Below, piece by piece: positions 60,537-64,000 of a DNA stretch of 64,000 bases. The notes below the pieces were generated by a model, which saw only the letters and a list, made by a program, of their open reading frames with translations, had not been told where the DNA came from and ran no database searches. Both the position numbers and the translations under genes were made by a program. The DNA comes from the human T2T-CHM13v2.0 reference genome, Homo sapiens. Location of the stretch: the NCBI RefSeq assembly GCF_009914755.1, contig NC_060939.1; one strand, written 5' to 3'. Each line of letters starts with the position of its first letter. The stretch's first letter is position 1.

Positions 60537-60562
60537 TCTCTCTCTGTCTCTGTCAATCTCTC

Positions 60563-60597
<35 letters not shown>

Positions 60598-60706
60598 TAC
60601 ACACACACACTCTCTCTCTGTCTATATATATATATAATGTAATGTGTGTATATATATGTGTGTATATATATGTATATATATATATGTATATGTGTATGTA
60701 TATATG
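60537..60706. repeat. Compound (CT)n(CA)n(TA/TG)n microsatellite
   Basis: Direct reading of sequence. Confidence 0.95.
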
Positions 60707-61096
60707 CATCTCTTTTATTTCTTGTGATTTCACAATCAATACACTCTTACTGCCTATCCATGAGAATCCAAACACTCGATTTCCAGACAGTGTCACTGGT
60801 GAGTCTGATGAAATAATTATGAAATACATAGTGCCAATCATACGTAAGTCCTTCGAGAGGATTGAGAAAGAGTATAGACTCTCCTCCAATTCATTTTATG
60901 AAGCTAGAATAACCTTGATACTAAACCAAAAAGATCAATATGAGAAAGAAGCATTACAGGCTATTATTATAGGGATATTTGCAAAATTCCTAAGCAAAAT
61001 ATTAGCAAACCAAATCCAGCAGTGTATAAATGGGTTAATGTTCTATGACTAAGCTTAGTTTATCCTAAGAATTTAAGTGTAACATAATTAAAAATA

Positions 61097-62389
61097 TAGT
61101 TACAGATATAGACAGAGAGATAGATAGTCTCTGCCCTCTGTTCTTGGCACAGAACTCCTAAAACCCTTGTAATTTCCTGATCAATAGGGGTGCTAGGTTC
61201 ATCTTTTGTTCTAATATTTGGTCTTTGACCCTGGTTCCTGACATGGAGCTCTTAATTCCTTGGAATTTCCTGCATAATAGGAGAACTTTTGTTCTAATGA
61301 GGGGACCCTTCGTGGGATCCTGGCTGGGGCTACTCATAATTAGAAACTTGGAATGTTCATCCCCACTCCTCAACCTCTGGGAAGGGGAGAAGGGCTGGAG
61401 ATTGAGTTAATTGTGCATGCCTACATAATGAAGCCTCTGTAAAAATCCCTAAACTATAACTTTCAATGAGCTTCTGGGTTGGTGAGGTCATCCATGCACC
61501 CAGAGGAAGGTGCACCCCAGCTCCACAGGACGGAAGCTCCTGCGCTCAGGAGTTATCCAGACCTTCCCCCGCGTATCACTTCATCTGGCCGTTCATTGCT
61601 ATCCTTTGAAATATCATTTGTAATATACTGGCAATAGTAAGTAAATGGTTTTCCTGGGTTCTGTGGACTGCTCTGGCAAATTAGTAAAGCAGAGAAAGGG
61701 GTTATGGGAACCTCTGATTTGTAGCGAATTAGACAGAAATTGTGAGTAAGCTGATGATGAAAGAAAAACTTCAGCTGAATTAAAATTAAAAGCGATTAAT
61801 TGAGCAATGCATGATTTGCGAATTGGATAGCCTCCCAAGCCAGAGTAGGCCCAGGGACTCCAGCTCAGCCACATGGTGGAAGAAGATTTATGGACAGAAA
61901 AGGGAAAGTGATGGACAGAAAACAGAAGAGAGGTACAGAAACGGGATTGGGTATAGCTCTGTGTTTGCCTTATTTAAACATGGTTCAAACAGTTGGGCAC
62001 ATTTGATTGGCCAAAACGTGGTGATTAGCACAAGAGTAGGCTACAATCTGTTTACACCTCCACTTGTTATAGGTCACAATGTACAGAGAAACCTTTAGGC
62101 CAAACTTAGAATATGTAAGGAGGCAGCTTTGGGCTAAACTTGATTTAACACTGGGAACCTACTACTGGCAATTGATACCCAAAGCTGGTGACAGTCTTGC
62201 GGGACTGAGCCCCAAACCTCTAGGTTGTCTACTAACTTTGGTTAGTGTTATAATTGAACTGAGTTGCAGGGCACCCCGCTGGCATTGGAAAATTGGTCAG
62301 TGTGGGAGAAAACCCACACACCTGGTCACAGAAGTATTGAATGTTGGTATAGAGAAAAAGAGTATTGGTATAGATTTTTCCTGTATCAC
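61097..62389 (+). mobile_element. MER21 LTR
   Basis: gtctctgccctctgttcttggcacagaactcctaaaacccttg; aaacccacacacctggtcacagaag. Confidence 0.85.
61755..62150 (-). mobile_element. MER57 ERV1 solo LTR nested in MER21
   Basis: Reverse complement starts TGTTAAATCAAGTTTAGCCCAAAGCTGCCTCCTTACATATT; 4-bp TSD ctga/ctgg. Confidence 0.88.
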
Positions 62390-63413
62390 AGTAAGCTTGC
62401 TTTAGTATTTGAAAATCAAAAAATATAATTTATTATAACTTAATAAAAATTAAAACCACATGACTATGTAAATAGATATAGAAAAAGTACTTTATAAAAT
62501 TCAAAATGAATTCATGATTAAAAAGAGTAGAAGCTTTAAAATAAAACTAAAAATATATTTTGGACTAAATGGCTCACCATACTAGGCTTAGTGAGGAACA
62601 CAGAATCTTCTCAATGGTTTATGCTAAGTTGATGTTGATTTGATACCTGTATTTAAAAAGTGAACTTTGATTCTTACATTTACCACAGAGAAAAATATTT
62701 TAAGGTGGAGTATAGATTGTGACCTAAAGCAATTACGCTTTAGAAGCAAACAAGGGAAAATAGTTTCATGATACTGGAATAAGCAAAAAAGTTTTAAACA
62801 GGGCATGAGATGCGCTAACCATAAAAGAAAATATTGATAGAGATTTCTTTAAAATTTATTAAAAGGCACTATTACTGGAGTGAATTGGCAATTCCCAGAG
62901 AAGATGCTTGTGATAAATACATCCAAAACAGGACCCATATCCAGAATATATTTTTTAAAACTCCTACAAATCAATTATAAAAAGATAGCCCCTAAAATGG
63001 GTAAAAGGCTTGAATAGACTTCTCAAGGTAACATATCTGAATCCCACCCCCTCAATACATAGAGAGATGTTCAACATTGTTAGTGATTAGTAAAAACAGA
63101 TACTAAAACCACAGTGTGATAACATCACATTATCAGAAATGTTAGTCTTTCTACTAGAAAGGCTAACATCAAAAAGCTGTTGATACCTGGTGTTGGTGAG
63201 ACTCTAAACAACTGGAACTCACTCATACTATCAGAGGGAGTGTTTAATTGCTACAACCACTTTACAAAACTGTTTTTCAGCACCTATCAAAGCTGAATAC
63301 ATTTCTACGCTATGACCCAACAGTCCTACTCAGCAGAAACGCATACTTAACGTTCACTAAAAGACATGTTCAAGGATGATGAGAGAAGCTTTATTCGTAA
63401 CTGTCTAAAAACA

Positions 63414-63674
63414 TTTTGAGACAGGGTCTCACTGTGTCTCTGAGGCTGGAGTGCAGTGGTACGATCATGGCTCACTGCGGCCTTGACCTCCTGGGTTTAA
63501 GTGACCCTCCCACCTCAGCCTCCCAATCATGCCCAGCTAATTTTTATATTTTTTGTAGGGACAGGGTTTCACGATATCGCCCAGGCTGGTCTCAAACTCC
63601 TGGGCTCTAGTGATCTGCCTGCATTGGCTTCCTAAAACATTGGGATCACAGACATGAGCCACTGCCCCCAGGCC
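63414..63674 (-). mobile_element. AluJ with internal deletion and almost no tail
   Basis: gagacagggtctcactgtg...gatcatggctcactgcggccttgacc; about 25 nt missing after gcctcccaa. Confidence 0.9.
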
Positions 63675-64000
63675 ATAATTGTCTACATATGGAAGTAACC
63701 CAACTTTCCATCAAAACTGTAATGGAGAAATAAGTTGTGTTGTATTTATACAGTACAACTACACACAGCAATGAAAAAAACCTACTGATAAACATAATAA
63801 CATGGATGAATCTCACAACTATGTGGAGTGAAATGAGTCAGAGATAAAACATCACGTAGTGTATGATTCCGTGTATGATTCTCAAATACAGTCAAAACTA
63901 TGGTGATGGAAGTCAGAATGGTCGTTAACTTCAGGGGCAGGATGCTGACTAGGTGTGGAGTGTAGGGAGCCTGTGTCTGTAAAGATATAGAAGAGAACTA

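Larger units (their letters stand above)
60760..64000 (+). mobile_element. Old L1M ORF2/3'UTR, host to MER21, MER57 and AluJ
   Basis: NSFYEARITLI...KILANQIQQ in ORF 60504-61052; taacatggatgaatctcacaa 3'UTR. Confidence 0.8.

Overview
Primate genomic DNA, most likely human (inferred from AluY and L1PA2), that is intergenic or intronic and mostly transposable elements. I found no supportable host protein-coding gene, RNA gene or CRISPR array; the ORF track is almost all Alu, L1 or LTR read-through or chance frames. Main contents: a near-full-length dead L1PA2 (43464-49454) inserted in an Alu tail with an open antisense ORF0; a full-length Hsmar1 mariner (30057-31343) and its MADE1 MITE (11298-11379); an internally deleted Zaphod hAT element with both ends; an ERVL-class provirus remnant with protease, RT and integrase traces (57620-60500); and many MaLR/ERV1 LTRs, old L1s, L2s, MIRs and Alus. 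The most notable structures are an apparent L1 3' transduction carrying an old LTR into a younger L1PB (25438-26076), a TSD-flanked L1 copy with only 5'UTR+ORF1 (33087-36751), and a repeat-poor island (about 54.3-57.6 kb) with a minus-strand poly(A) site, motif clusters and a candidate exon. Subfamily names come from recalled consensus sequences and need RepeatMasker/Dfam confirmation. Boundaries of old repeats are approximate. I did not find a new multi-gene system.
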